This document shows positions 18,189 to 28,124 of a stretch of DNA of 64,000 nt, one piece after another. The notes below the pieces were generated by a model. It was not told where the DNA came from and searched no databases. It was given only the letters and a program-made list of their open reading frames with translations. Position 1 is the first letter of the stretch, and each line of letters opens with the position of its first letter. The translations under genes were made by a program, and so were the position numbers. Where the stretch lies: NCBI GenBank assembly GCA_963801165.1, contig CAWDDT010000009.1:256001-320000 (forward strand). The letters run 5' to 3'. This stretch comes from an uncultured bacterium (GTDB lineage Bacteria > Actinomycetota > Acidimicrobiia > Spongiisociales > UBA5794).

Positions 18189-20003
18189 CTATCCCGGCGA
18201 TTGAGCTCCGGTCGCCAGTGTGATGACGGTGTCGCCCGGGGCGGTGTCACGGAGGGGCTCATGGTTGGCGGTCGTGATCACGTGTACCCGGCCGCTCGCC
18301 TTGACTACGAAGAGAATGCCGAGGACTTCCGGGGAAGAGAGCTGCTCGTGGGCGATCTCGGGATCGGTCCCGATCTTGATTCGACGCACCTCACCACCGG
18401 TTTCGAGCAGCAGGTCGATGGCCTGGTAGTCCCAATCCACGCCGAACAGTTGTCTTCCCCCGAAGTCACTGGCCGGGTCCGATTGGATGCCGGCCGCGGT
18501 CTGCCGCGGCGGGAGCTGGTATGTCTCCGCCCCACCGAACGTGTTGGCAAAACGCGTGCTGGCCAGCGTGTTGACGTCATCGTTTGGCGTCAGTGCCAGC
18601 AGTCGCCCGATCCCGGCGAGGTCGAGATCGAGGTCGACGTCCCGGGCCAGGACGTTGCCGTAGTACGCCCGGCGTCCGGCCATCCGTGCCTCGTAGTGGT
18701 CCTGGCGGTTGGTGGTGGCGAAGACGACCGGTACTCCCGTGTCGGCGAGAGCGTCGGCCACCGCCCGCTCCACCCGACCGGCACCGAGAACGAGCACTCC
18801 CTCCTGGTGCTTTTCGGCCAGGCCGAGCCAGCGTGCCAGCGGGCCCATCCCGATGCCGTAGACGAGGACCGTTCCCACGATCACGGCAAACACCAGGGGG
18901 GTGAGTGCCTCGGCGCCGGTGATGCCCTCATGCTCGAGCTCCAACGCAAACACCGACGCCACCGAGGCGGCCACGATCCCCCGGGGCGCCACGCCCGCAA
19001 GAAGCAGGCGCTCCCGCCACCCCAAGTGTGATCGGATGGTCGCTACCGCTACCGCCAGAGGCCGGGCAACGAGGACCAGCGCCAGGAGAAGCGCGATCGC
19101 CGCCGGCAGGTCGACCCGCAGCTGCTCGGTGCTCAGCCGGGCGCTCAACACGATGAACAGCACGCCAATCAGCAGGACCCGGATCGCCTCGGAGAACCGC
19201 ACGATCTGCTCGGTTCGCACCCTTCGCTGGTTGGTGAGGATAAAACCCAGCACCGTGGTGGCCAGCAGCCCTGCCTCGGCAGAGAGCGTGTCGGCGACCA
19301 TGAAGGCCAGCAGGGCGACCGTCAAGCCGAAGAGGGGGAGCAGATGCTCCGAGACCCAGTGCCGTTGCAACACGATGGTCGAGCCGTATGCGACCGCGGC
19401 ACCCACCAGAAGGCCCGCCAGGGTGAACTGAACCATGTCGCCCAGCACGACAACCGGTGTCGGATCGCCGGTACCGCGCAGGAGTATCACCTCGAACGTG
19501 ATCACTGCGAGCAATGCCCCGATCGGGTCGATCAGAATGCTTTCCCACTTGAGAATGGACGCCACCGAGCGTCGCGGCCGTACCGTCGCCAGCAGTGGCC
19601 CGATCACCGTCGGCCCGGACACGACGAGGATCGAGCCGGTCAGCACTGCCATCCCCGGTGATAGATCGGTGAACAGGGCGGTCATCACGGCGGCTATTCC
19701 CCAGGTGATGAGGACCCCGATCGTCACCAGTAGCCAGAGGACACGCTGTTGGCCCTCCATCTCGCGCAGCCGAAGGCTGAGCCCGCCCTCGAACAGGATC
19801 AGCCCTACGGCGATGGACACCGCAGGTGCGAGCAGATCACCGAGGATCTCATCCGGATTGACGAGCCCGAAGATCGGCCCGATGAGGAAGCCGGTAACCA
19901 GCAGCGGGAGGATGATCGGGACGCGCACCCGCTCGCCGAACCAGGTGACGGCGAAAGCGACGATGACTATTCCCGATAGCTGGACGATCGGATCGTCGAG
20001 CAT
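18189..20003 (-). CDS. CPA1/NhaP-type cation:proton antiporter with a C-terminal TrkA-N-like domain
   Basis: ILFEGGLSL, SGPTVIGP, ESILIDPIGA, PRGIVAASVA. Confidence 0.88.
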   Translation of the reverse strand: MLDDPIVQLSGIVIVAFAVTWFGERVRVPIILPLLVTGFLIGPIFGLVNPDEILGDLLAPAVSIAVGLILFEGGLSLRLREMEGQQRVLWLLVTIGVLITWGIAAVMTALFTDLSPGMAVLTGSILVVSGPTVIGPLLATVRPRRSVASILKWESILIDPIGALLAVITFEVILLRGTGDPTPVVVLGDMVQFTLAGLLVGAAVAYGSTIVLQRHWVSEHLLPLFGLTVALLAFMVADTLSAEAGLLATTVLGFILTNQRRVRTEQIVRFSEAIRVLLIGVLFIVLSARLSTEQLRVDLPAAIALLLALVLVARPLAVAVATIRSHLGWRERLLLAGVAPRGIVAASVASVFALELEHEGITGAEALTPLVFAVIVGTVLVYGIGMGPLARWLGLAEKHQEGVLVLGAGRVERAVADALADTGVPVVFATTNRQDHYEARMAGRRAYYGNVLARDVDLDLDLAGIGRLLALTPNDDVNTLASTRFANTFGGAETYQLPPRQTAAGIQSDPASDFGGRQLFGVDWDYQAIDLLLETGGEVRRIKIGTDPEIAHEQLSSPEVLGILFVVKASGRVHVITTANHEPLRDTAPGDTVITLATGAQSPG

Positions 20004-20032
20004 GCTCCCCTTGACCTCGAATGCGGTGGATT

Positions 20033-20878
20033 CTACGGGTTGTCGTCGCCAACACTTCCGGGACCGCGCTCGAACTCGGAGCGCAGTGAGCGCGCCATCA
20101 TCCGCTCGTAGACGTCGGGGGCAAGTGCGTTCAGGTACCGGGATACACGACCCACGTTGCCGATGATGACATTGCGCTTGCGCCGCTCGACCGCCCAGAC
20201 GATGCGCTCGGCGACGTCTGCGGGTCGAGCCATCTTGCCGACCCGTGACTGGGGATGGTCGGTGATCCGGCCGTCACCGCCGATGGTGTGGCGCCGGAGG
20301 TTGGTGTCGATGAACGACGGTGCGGCGATGAGCACATCGACCCCGGAAGCTTCTACTTCAGTGCGCAGTGTGGCGAAGAACCCCTGCAGCGCATGTTTCG
20401 AAGCGGCGTATCCGGTGCGTCCCAACAGCGGGGCATACCCGGCGGTCGAGCTGATGACCACGATGACCCCACGGCGCTCCATGATCGAAGGCAGGGCGAT
20501 CTTGGTGCAGTTGACCGAGCCCCAGAAGTTGATGTCCATGATGCGCCGGATCACTGCGATGTCTGTCTCGGCAAATGCGCTGCGATGTGACAAACCGGCG
20601 TTGTTTACCAGGATGTCGACTGGGCCGAGCCTCTCCTCGGCAGCGTCGAGGGCACGCCGGCAGCTGTCGAAGCTGGTGACGTCGCACTCGATGGCGACGC
20701 CCTCGCCCCGACCGACCGCATCGGCCGCTACGACCGCGGCCCCATAGTCGATGTCGAGCAGGGCAACGTTGCAGCCGGCGAGACCAAACTCGCGCCCGAG
20801 TGCCGACCCGAGTCCACCGCCGCCCCCGGTGATGACGACGTTCTTCCCCTGAAGCTGGAGCTTTGTCCCTCTAGCCAT
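20033..20878 (-). CDS. short-chain dehydrogenase/reductase
   Basis: TGGGGGLG, NNAG, YAASK. Confidence 0.9.
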   Translation of the reverse strand: MARGTKLQLQGKNVVITGGGGGLGSALGREFGLAGCNVALLDIDYGAAVVAADAVGRGEGVAIECDVTSFDSCRRALDAAEERLGPVDILVNNAGLSHRSAFAETDIAVIRRIMDINFWGSVNCTKIALPSIMERRGVIVVISSTAGYAPLLGRTGYAASKHALQGFFATLRTEVEASGVDVLIAAPSFIDTNLRRHTIGGDGRITDHPQSRVGKMARPADVAERIVWAVERRKRNVIIGNVGRVSRYLNALAPDVYERMMARSLRSEFERGPGSVGDDNP

Positions 20879-21824
20879 CTCGACCCTCCATAAATGCCTC
20901 GAAGGCCTCAGCCGTAGTCTTCTGCGGTGTGTACCCGAATTGTTCCTTCAGCCGCGTGTTGGCGAGCACGGGCCGGTAGCGTAGGAAATCGACCTGCTCG
21001 GGACCGTATTGGGTGAGGTGCAGACTATGCAGCAGCCACAGAGCGCCCCGCACCACTGGCACCGGCATGGCGACGTAGGGCTTCCCAAGCCGGCGAGCGA
21101 TGTGCCGCATTGTCATTACCCCGTCGCCGCAAACGTTGTAGATGCCGGTCAGGTCGGTCTCGATGCCACGGCGCAAGACGCCCACGAGATCCTCGTCCCA
21201 GATGAAAACGAACGGTGTTGCGGCACCCCGGAGCCCCATGATTACCCGTCGCTCAAACAGTGCCGTGATCTGGTTTCTGGTGGTGGCCCCGAGGACGGTC
21301 CCCGGTCGGAGGATGAGCTGTTGCAGCTCCGGGTGGGAGCGGCGCCACTCTGCCAGCATTTCCTCGACCTGCCTCTTGTGGTCCGAATAGGCGAACTCGA
21401 CGTTGCCCCGCAGCGGATCGTCTTCACGCAGCGGCATCGAGTTGTCGGCGTGGTAGCCGTAGGCGGCGCCGCTCGAGCTGACGATGACCTTCTCCACTTC
21501 CGCTTCCAGACAGGAGTTGAGGACGTTGCGGGTCCCGTCGACGTCGATCGAATGCTCGAGGGCGCGGTCGGAGTTCTTACCGGCGGTGACGACCGCCGCC
21601 AGGTGGACCACCGTGTCGACCGCATGCCTGCTGCATGGTGGCTGGCGAGGGCGTCGTCGCGGATGTCGCCGGCCTCGTATGACGACGCCTTCGATCGGGT
21701 CGTCCGGCAGCCGTAGGTCGGTGGCGACGATCGTCTCCAGTGCGCCCCGGTCGGTAGCGAGCGCACGGACGAGCAGGCCGCCGATGTATCCACCCGCCCC
21801 GGTGACGAGCACGGACCGGCTCAT
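20871..21824 (-). CDS. NAD-dependent epimerase/dehydratase (extended SDR), locally scrambled reading frame near 21625-21685
   Basis: VLVTGAGGYIG, VVHLAAVV, YSDHK. The expected YEAGDIRD segment appears in another frame, implying compensating indels. Confidence 0.8.
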   Translation of the reverse strand: MSRSVLVTGAGGYIGGLLVRALATDRGALETIVATDLRLPDDPIEGVVIRGRRHPRRRPRQPPCSRHAVDTVVHLAAVVTAGKNSDRALEHSIDVDGTRNVLNSCLEAEVEKVIVSSSGAAYGYHADNSMPLREDDPLRGNVEFAYSDHKRQVEEMLAEWRRSHPELQQLILRPGTVLGATTRNQITALFERRVIMGLRGAATPFVFIWDEDLVGVLRRGIETDLTGIYNVCGDGVMTMRHIARRLGKPYVAMPVPVVRGALWLLHSLHLTQYGPEQVDFLRYRPVLANTRLKEQFGYTPQKTTAEAFEAFMEGRDG

Positions 21825-22744
21825 GTTGCAGTGGCTTGTACCGGGCGGCGGGACCACACACCGGCGACGATGAGCCCGGCGATGATGTGCCAGATACCCC
21901 ACCAGGCGGCGATGATGGCCATGCCGCCGAGACCGTCGAAGAAGTCGAAAATGAGCACGAGTGCCAGCGCCGAATTTTGCAGGCCCACCTCGATGGTGAC
22001 GGCGCGGAGGTCGCGCTCTTCGAGCCGGGCCAGCCTCCCCGCTACGTTGCCGATGCCGAATGCGACGGCATTGTGCACCAGTACCACCAATACCACCAGG
22101 CCCACGTACTCGACGAAGTAGCTCCAGTTGTTCGCCAGGGCGACGGCAACGAAGCCCATGAAGACCAGGACGGAGAGCACCTTGAACGGGCCGCGCACGT
22201 TCTTGGCGATCCCGGGAAAACGTCTGGCGACGAGCATGCCCGCCACCAGCGGGATCCCCAGGATCACGACGATCGTGGTGAATAGGTCGAGTGGGCTCAA
22301 CGACACAGACTGAAGGATCGGCTTGGTGTCCGGGTTGAGTGTGCCCCAGATGGACAGGTTGAGCGGTGTCATGATGACGGCGAACGCGGTCGACACCGCG
22401 GTCATCCCCACCGAGAGCGGTGCGTTGCCTCCGGCCAGGTAGGTCATCACGTTCGACAGGTTCCCGCCGGGGCACGAGGCGACCAGGATCATCCCGAGTG
22501 CGATCGACGGCCGCACGTTCAGGATCATCGTCAGTAGGAACGTGAACGCGGGGAGGAGGAGGAACTGGGCGATGAGGCCGATCGCAGGCGGTTTGGGCTT
22601 CCGGAGCAGGCGGCGGAAGTCCTCGACATCGAGATCGAGAGCCATGCCGAACATCATCAGACCGATGAGGATGTTGAGCAGGAGCAGGCTGCTCTCGTCG
22701 AAGTTGAGACGGACCTGGTCGATGCCGGCGGCGAGGACGATCAT
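21821..22744 (-). CDS. bile acid:sodium symporter (BASS/SBF) family transporter
   Basis: MFGMALDL, AQFLLLP, CPGGNLSN, IEVGLQNS. Confidence 0.9.
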   Translation of the reverse strand: MIVLAAGIDQVRLNFDESSLLLLNILIGLMMFGMALDLDVEDFRRLLRKPKPPAIGLIAQFLLLPAFTFLLTMILNVRPSIALGMILVASCPGGNLSNVMTYLAGGNAPLSVGMTAVSTAFAVIMTPLNLSIWGTLNPDTKPILQSVSLSPLDLFTTIVVILGIPLVAGMLVARRFPGIAKNVRGPFKVLSVLVFMGFVAVALANNWSYFVEYVGLVVLVVLVHNAVAFGIGNVAGRLARLEERDLRAVTIEVGLQNSALALVLIFDFFDGLGGMAIIAAWWGIWHIIAGLIVAGVWSRRPVQATAT

Positions 22745-24483
22745 CCGCCGGGCTCCTGGTGCATCTTCTTGAAGTGGAGCAGGCCTGGCGCCCACATGTG
22801 CTTGACCGGGTCGACGTCCACATGGATGACGGAGCACTTGCCACGGGCGAGACTTCGTTCGATGGCTCCCCTCAGCTCGGCGGGGTCGGCGACGCGCTCA
22901 CCGTGCGCTCCCATGGCTCGGGCCAGGTGGTCGTAGCCGATCTCGCCGAGGTCAGAGTTCACGGTGGCGCCCGGCTCGAGTGACTTGCGCAGCATCATCT
23001 TCACGGGAGCCTTGGCCACTGATTGGGTCATCTTCACCATGCCCCATTGTCGATCGCTGACTACGAGAAACACGACACGGTTGCCGTTGCGGACCGCGGT
23101 CTCGATCTCCTGGGGGTGCATGCCGAACGCGCCGTCCCCGATGATGCAGTACACCTGCCGGTCGGGGAATGCCTCGGCGGCACCGAGGGCCTGGCCGACG
23201 CCGGCACCGAGCATCCCGAAGTGCGGGGTGGCCAGCATGGTGTTCGGGACCTCGACGGTGTGAAAGAAGTTCGCCCATACCGCGGTATTGCCGCCGTCGG
23301 CGATCATGATGGCGTCCTTGTCGAACATCTCCTGGCAGATCGCCGGCACATGGGCGGTAACCATGGGCACTGCCATGTCCTCGAGCGACTTGTGGTGCTT
23401 GGTGGCGTCGGCCTTCCGGCTCTCGATGAGACGTGCTACCTCGCTGCGGCGTGTTTGGGGGGCGGCGACGTCTGCGCCGGCCAGCCGCTTGCCTACTTCG
23501 TCGAGGAACACCCCGACGTCACCGACGATCGCCAGATCGACCGGCTTGTTACGCCCGATGCTTGTTTCGTCGATGTCGACGTGGATGACCTTCTGCTCAC
23601 CGGGATCACGCCAGTTGGGCGGCTTGCCCCACCAGTCGGTCTCACCAATGCGGGAGCCGAGGATCAAGACCACGTCGGCCGCTCTGTGCACCTCGCTCGT
23701 TGGCTCGATGGCTGTGATCGGCCACACCAGTTCCGACGTCTCGGTCATGGCGCCGCGGCCAGACCAGGAAGTGGTGACCGGGGCGTACAGCCTCTCGGCG
23801 ACGACTTGTAGAGCATCATGGGCGCGGGCGTGGATGACGCCACCACCGGCGTGGATGACCGGGAGCGATGCGGTGGTGAGCATCGTCACCGCCGCATCGA
23901 CCAGGGCCGGGTCGGGGGCGATCGGCGCGGTACGGCGGGTCCGCACCGGGGGTACGACCGCCGGCAGCTTCGTCTTGCCATTGATGACGCTTTCGGCGAC
24001 GTCGAGGTGCACGACACCCGGCCGTCCCCGATAGCACCACCGCAACGCGGTGCGCAGAAGCTCAGGAAGCCGATCGACAGACGACACGCTCGCCGACCAC
24101 TTTGTGATGGGAGTGATTGCGGCTACCTGGTCGAAGTACTGATAGGTACCGCCCCGGTCCGGGTAGGTGATGCCCACCCGTCGCGAGCTCGTGATGACGA
24201 GTACCCGGTTGCCCTCGGCGTTCTCGACGGTGATCCCGGGCAGGGCGTTGGCGACGCCGGGTCCGTTGGAGGCAATGGCGACCCCGAGCTTCCCGGTCAG
24301 ACGGGCGTATGCGCCGGCCATGTGTATCGCCGTGGTCTCGTGTCGCGGGGTGACGACGGGGATGTCGTTGCCGATCAGGGCGTTGAACAGACCGAGGTAG
24401 GTCCCATCGGGAATCCCAAAGACCTTGTCGACCCCCTCCGCCGCCAGGATGTCGGCGATGATCTTGCCACCGTTGCCTGCCAC
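22741..24483 (-). CDS. thiamine diphosphate-dependent enzyme (acetolactate synthase-like superfamily)
   Basis: VFGIPDG, RHETTAIHMAGAYARLTG, GPGVAN, GDGAFGM. Confidence 0.85.
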   Translation of the reverse strand: MAGNGGKIIADILAAEGVDKVFGIPDGTYLGLFNALIGNDIPVVTPRHETTAIHMAGAYARLTGKLGVAIASNGPGVANALPGITVENAEGNRVLVITSSRRVGITYPDRGGTYQYFDQVAAITPITKWSASVSSVDRLPELLRTALRWCYRGRPGVVHLDVAESVINGKTKLPAVVPPVRTRRTAPIAPDPALVDAAVTMLTTASLPVIHAGGGVIHARAHDALQVVAERLYAPVTTSWSGRGAMTETSELVWPITAIEPTSEVHRAADVVLILGSRIGETDWWGKPPNWRDPGEQKVIHVDIDETSIGRNKPVDLAIVGDVGVFLDEVGKRLAGADVAAPQTRRSEVARLIESRKADATKHHKSLEDMAVPMVTAHVPAICQEMFDKDAIMIADGGNTAVWANFFHTVEVPNTMLATPHFGMLGAGVGQALGAAEAFPDRQVYCIIGDGAFGMHPQEIETAVRNGNRVVFLVVSDRQWGMVKMTQSVAKAPVKMMLRKSLEPGATVNSDLGEIGYDHLARAMGAHGERVADPAELRGAIERSLARGKCSVIHVDVDPVKHMWAPGLLHFKKMHQEPGG

Positions 24484-24641
24484 AGCACCTCCTCCGAGTG
24501 GGGAGGGTAATACACACGTCCTTGCTTCCGCCGGGGAATGACGCTCCTTCGCCTCTGGTGTGCCAGAACGCGATGCTTGGTCGGCGCCGGTGGACGACGT
24601 CGGTCGGGGTGTACCAGAATCTCTCTCCTAGACTCGGCTCC

Positions 24642-25040
24642 ATGTCAGGAAGGATCGCGGTCCTTGTTGCTGCCGCGGCACTTGCGGTGGGTTGCAGCGA
24701 ACCGGTGTATTTACCGGATCGGTCCGATCCGGCCGTCCAGGCGCAAGAGGCTCGGATCGTCACGGTTCTCGAGTCCGCCAGTGATATCTGGGTGCCGGGC
24801 CCATGCACTGTAAGGCTCCTGCGACAGGAAGGAGCTACCTCTTACGCATGGGCTGTGTGCGAGGGATACGAAACACCAGAGGCACCAGAGAAGTCGGCAT
24901 GGTCCGGCCCGGTGCGTGTCGACGGGGATCAGGTGTCCCAGCCCCGAGATGGAGACCTGTACGGAAGCGACGTTCGCAAGATGTTCCCGGCCGATCTCGT
25001 GACAGTGATCTTCGACCAGAGGCCGGACGTGATGCCCTAG
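24642..25040 (+). CDS. putative lipoprotein
   Basis: Lipobox LAVGC after a hydrophobic signal; start reassigned to ATG 24642. Confidence 0.65.
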   Translation: MSGRIAVLVAAAALAVGCSEPVYLPDRSDPAVQAQEARIVTVLESASDIWVPGPCTVRLLRQEGATSYAWAVCEGYETPEAPEKSAWSGPVRVDGDQVSQPRDGDLYGSDVRKMFPADLVTVIFDQRPDVMP

Positions 25041-25246
25041 ATTGCCTCGACAGGCCGATGATGAGGGCACGTAGTCTCTGACATGGAGTGGTCATCCCCA
25101 GGTCCAGCACCGCGCCTGTGGCTGAGCGCGATAGAACAGCCGAACGGGTCGCAGTGGTTCGTGCCGCTGCGGTTCGGTGGTTGGCTCGGGTGGTGGAACG
25201 GACGGAGTCCGGGGTGTGAGTTACCAGCGCCTGTGGTCGATGTGGC

Positions 25247-26524
25247 TCAAGGGCTGCGGGCGTTTCTGGCGGGTTTGCCGCTGGTGGTGTATCGGTGGCC
25301 GAGGGGTGTGGTGTGGATGGTGTCGTTGTTGACGAGTTGGTAGGTCCAACCAAACGTGTGACGGATGACGTGATGGTGGCGGCACATGGGCCCGAGGTCG
25401 CAGCTGCAGGTGATACGTGAGTGAGACCAAGGGATGCGGTGGTCGATGTCACAGTCGACTGAAGGCATCCGACAGCCGGGGTGGATACAGGTGGGATACA
25501 GGATCTCGGCCATGCGGCGTTGTGCGGTGGTTGGCTTGCGACGGGTAATGCCACCATCTATGACCTGTCCAGTGTCGGGATCGTAGAGTGACCAGCGTCG
25601 TTCTACGTGATGTTGGTGTTCGGCTACCTGACGGGCGATGTCACCCAACACGGGCCCAAACCCGTTCAGCTCGGCTGCATCGTTGGATTGCCCGGTCAAC
25701 GTCTCTGCTGTCAACCTAACGTCGAGAATGCCGTAGTCGGCCCGGGTGAGCTTCCCGTCGACAAAGCGACGTTTGAGCAGGTCGAGATAAATGTCGGCGC
25801 GGAGTTGGTCGATGCCGCGGCTGTCGCCGAGACGCTTCAGTTTGAGCGCTTCCTTGTGTATCCACTTCCCGATGGCGACGGCCTCGTCGGGTGGCAGATC
25901 CAACCCCAGAATGTTGGCGGTACCGGACCCGGTGGGTTCGACAACTACCCGCCGATCTTGGATCGACTGGTCGTGCCGTTCCTTGGCCGCTTCCGGGTCG
26001 ACGTCGATACAGAGTTTCTCCAGACGCCCGTGTAGCTGGCTTGCGGTCAACCCGGCAGCTTCCGGTAACACCTGCTCAACCACGTCTTGGGCAGCCGTGT
26101 CTGACAGCACAAGGGTGTGTTCGACGAGGATTTTGGCTCGCCACACGTCGATACGGCCATACAGGACCGCTTCGAAGACTTTCGGGTAGTGGCGGCACAG
26201 CTCGACTGCGAAGGAGGTTTCGTTCTCTGCGCTGCGTCGTGTCATGCGGAGAGCGGCACCGATCTCGGCCGAGGCACCGTCTTGCACCTCGTAGTGGTCC
26301 GTGGTGGGTGTATCTCGGAACTCTTGTTCGTAGACAGAGACGATCTTCTCTTCAGTCCAACATTTGCCGGCTTGGTAGTGGTTGATTTGGCGTTGCTGGG
26401 CTTGGAGGACACGAATCAGGTCGTATCCGGAGATCTGGTCCCAATCCAGCGACGCCAACACCCGCGCCAACTCAGGGCCGGGCGGAATGTCCTCTAGGTT
26501 GTTCGGTACTTGTGGATCGAACAT
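25247..26524 (-). CDS. DUF222 / HNH endonuclease protein (REP13E12-like)
   Basis: AEIGAALRMT, GRIDVWRA, RADIYLDLL, and the C-terminal CIHPGC...CDIDHRIPW...CRHHH; MFD start. Confidence 0.85.
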   Translation of the reverse strand: MFDPQVPNNLEDIPPGPELARVLASLDWDQISGYDLIRVLQAQQRQINHYQAGKCWTEEKIVSVYEQEFRDTPTTDHYEVQDGASAEIGAALRMTRRSAENETSFAVELCRHYPKVFEAVLYGRIDVWRAKILVEHTLVLSDTAAQDVVEQVLPEAAGLTASQLHGRLEKLCIDVDPEAAKERHDQSIQDRRVVVEPTGSGTANILGLDLPPDEAVAIGKWIHKEALKLKRLGDSRGIDQLRADIYLDLLKRRFVDGKLTRADYGILDVRLTAETLTGQSNDAAELNGFGPVLGDIARQVAEHQHHVERRWSLYDPDTGQVIDGGITRRKPTTAQRRMAEILYPTCIHPGCRMPSVDCDIDHRIPWSHSRITCSCDLGPMCRHHHVIRHTFGWTYQLVNNDTIHTTPLGHRYTTSGKPARNARSP

Positions 26525-26532
26525 ACGTTCGA
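26517..26532. promoter_or_regulatory. LexA (SOS) box over the HNH start codon
   Basis: TCGAAC-ATAC-GTTCGA matches the actinobacterial consensus TCGAAC-N4-GTTCGA; the palindrome extends to 26511-26538. Confidence 0.8.
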
Positions 26533-26596
26533 TCCACAACGATACCTATGACAAAACAAGACTTATCAGCCAATCGTGAAAGGATTCAGCACACTG

Positions 26597-27118
26597 CTAG
26601 CCGTCGCAGGGCAGGGCCGGTCTGCTTCGCCACTCGAGCGCTTCTTCTCTGATCGTTCCTGTTACCCCGTACCAATTGCAGAAGTCACTTGCTTGGACTT
26701 GGACTCGGAGGTCGACGGTGGTGTCGTCGGCGTAGACGCCGACCATTCGGGTGACATGTGGCTCATCGAGGTCGGGCGCCTGAGAGAGTGCGGCGGCGAC
26801 GGCAGCGTCCGCAGGGTTGGTGTACGCAGTGCCCGCTGTCTCCGGTACCGCCACCGCGGTTGTGACCTCGGCTCCAAACTGGAACGGGTCGGCGGCCGGC
26901 GTCGCCCGGCCCGCGGCGACAAGCCATCCAACCCAAAAGGAGATGGTGACTAGGAAAGCGGCACCTGCGACGATCCAGCCGGGCCAACTGCGGTGCACAG
27001 TCGCGGTGCGGATAGTCACCACCGGTGGCCATTCAGCGTCGGATGTCGGCGTCTGCGCGACGAGTTGGCCGTAGGTTTGGCGGAACGCCGCCGCGACGTT
27101 GTCTGAATCAGTTGGCAT
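26597..27118 (-). CDS. single-TM protein, probable anti-sigma factor
   Basis: Overlaps the end of the ECF sigma gene; short cytoplasmic N-terminus, one TM helix, external domain. Confidence 0.6.
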   Translation of the reverse strand: MPTDSDNVAAAFRQTYGQLVAQTPTSDAEWPPVVTIRTATVHRSWPGWIVAGAAFLVTISFWVGWLVAAGRATPAADPFQFGAEVTTAVAVPETAGTAYTNPADAAVAAALSQAPDLDEPHVTRMVGVYADDTTVDLRVQVQASDFCNWYGVTGTIREEALEWRSRPALPCDG

Positions 27119-27551
27119 CCAGGACTCCTTTGAGAGTGCGGCGGGCAAGGTGCAGATACCGCTTCACGGTTCCCGGGCGAATCCCCATTAGCGTCGAGGC
27201 CTCGGCGATTGACCGGCCCTCCCAATACACGAGGTAGGTGGCAGCTCGCTGCCGCGCCGGTAGCGCGAGGACGGCAGCCAGAACCTCGGGTTGGGGATCG
27301 ACCATGTGGACATCGGCAACGAGGTCCGGGGTCAGTGGCATCCCGCGACGACCCAGCCGCGTCCTCGACTCGTTGAGGACGGCACGGAACAGATAGGCCC
27401 GTGCATCATCGAGATCTACCAGGCGGCGGCGAGCCAGCACCCGCAGAACCACGGTGGAGACCACGTCTTCCGCTGCGGTCGGACCGACAAGCACTGCGGC
27501 GTATCGGACCAAATCCTCCCGGTTCTTCCTATAGATCGTCTCGTCGTCCAC
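27108..27551 (-). CDS. ECF RNA polymerase sigma factor (SigE-like)
   Basis: AEDVV, AYLFRAVLN, LPARQRA...YWEGRSIAEASTLMGIRPGTVK; start reassigned to GTG 27551. Confidence 0.85.
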   Translation of the reverse strand: MDDETIYRKNREDLVRYAAVLVGPTAAEDVVSTVVLRVLARRRLVDLDDARAYLFRAVLNESRTRLGRRGMPLTPDLVADVHMVDPQPEVLAAVLALPARQRAATYLVYWEGRSIAEASTLMGIRPGTVKRYLHLARRTLKGVLDAN

Positions 27552-27734
27552 ACCACAACCACTCGCTAGACGCCCACACGGTTGCATTGGTGATAGCGCA
27601 CCGCCTGTACCCGCGCAATCGAATCGCACCCTCATGCCGAGGCTCGCTCGATCATGAGCGCTTCTGGTAGCCGCGGCGTAGAAGCTGGATCTTGGGGTTC
27701 CCGATGGTCGCGAGGCCGGGTTTCGTGATTCCAC

Positions 27735-27884
27735 TCTGGTGGTCAACGGCGCCACAATCACAGAGGCGAATCCAGACCCAGACGTATCTGGTGGACCGAG
27801 TATCAGCGAGGGACGATAGGTCGCTGGTACTCCGAGATACGGCTGACCAAAGTCGACGAGCCACAGATCATCAGCCGACGCCAT
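27735..27884 (-). pseudogene. truncated PemK/MazF toxin remnant
   Basis: DLWLVDFGQPYLGVPATYRPSLIL...VIVAPLTT matches the MazF N-terminal pattern; similarity is lost after about 50 aa. Confidence 0.6.
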
Positions 27885-28124
27885 CGCGCACCGATGTGTC
27901 GTCTGCCCCTGCAAGGTAGGCCTACTGAGCTTCCGTGTTCTGACGGAGCTCGTCGAGTACGGCAGCTACCTGGTTGGCGAAGCGTTGTCGCGGCCGTCCG
28001 TGCGCGGAAAGAGGAACACGAGCGCCACGAACGGGAGCGTAAAGAGCAGCCGTAGCAGGTCCGTTCGCTAATCCATGTTTCGTCGGTGGCAATGCAAATC
28101 CGCGACGCACATAGACTGGGAACC

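Noticed and set aside
20871-22844. 657-aa ORF
   Set aside because: The N-terminal half is an off-frame reading of the BASS transporter gene; the real gene starts at 21824.
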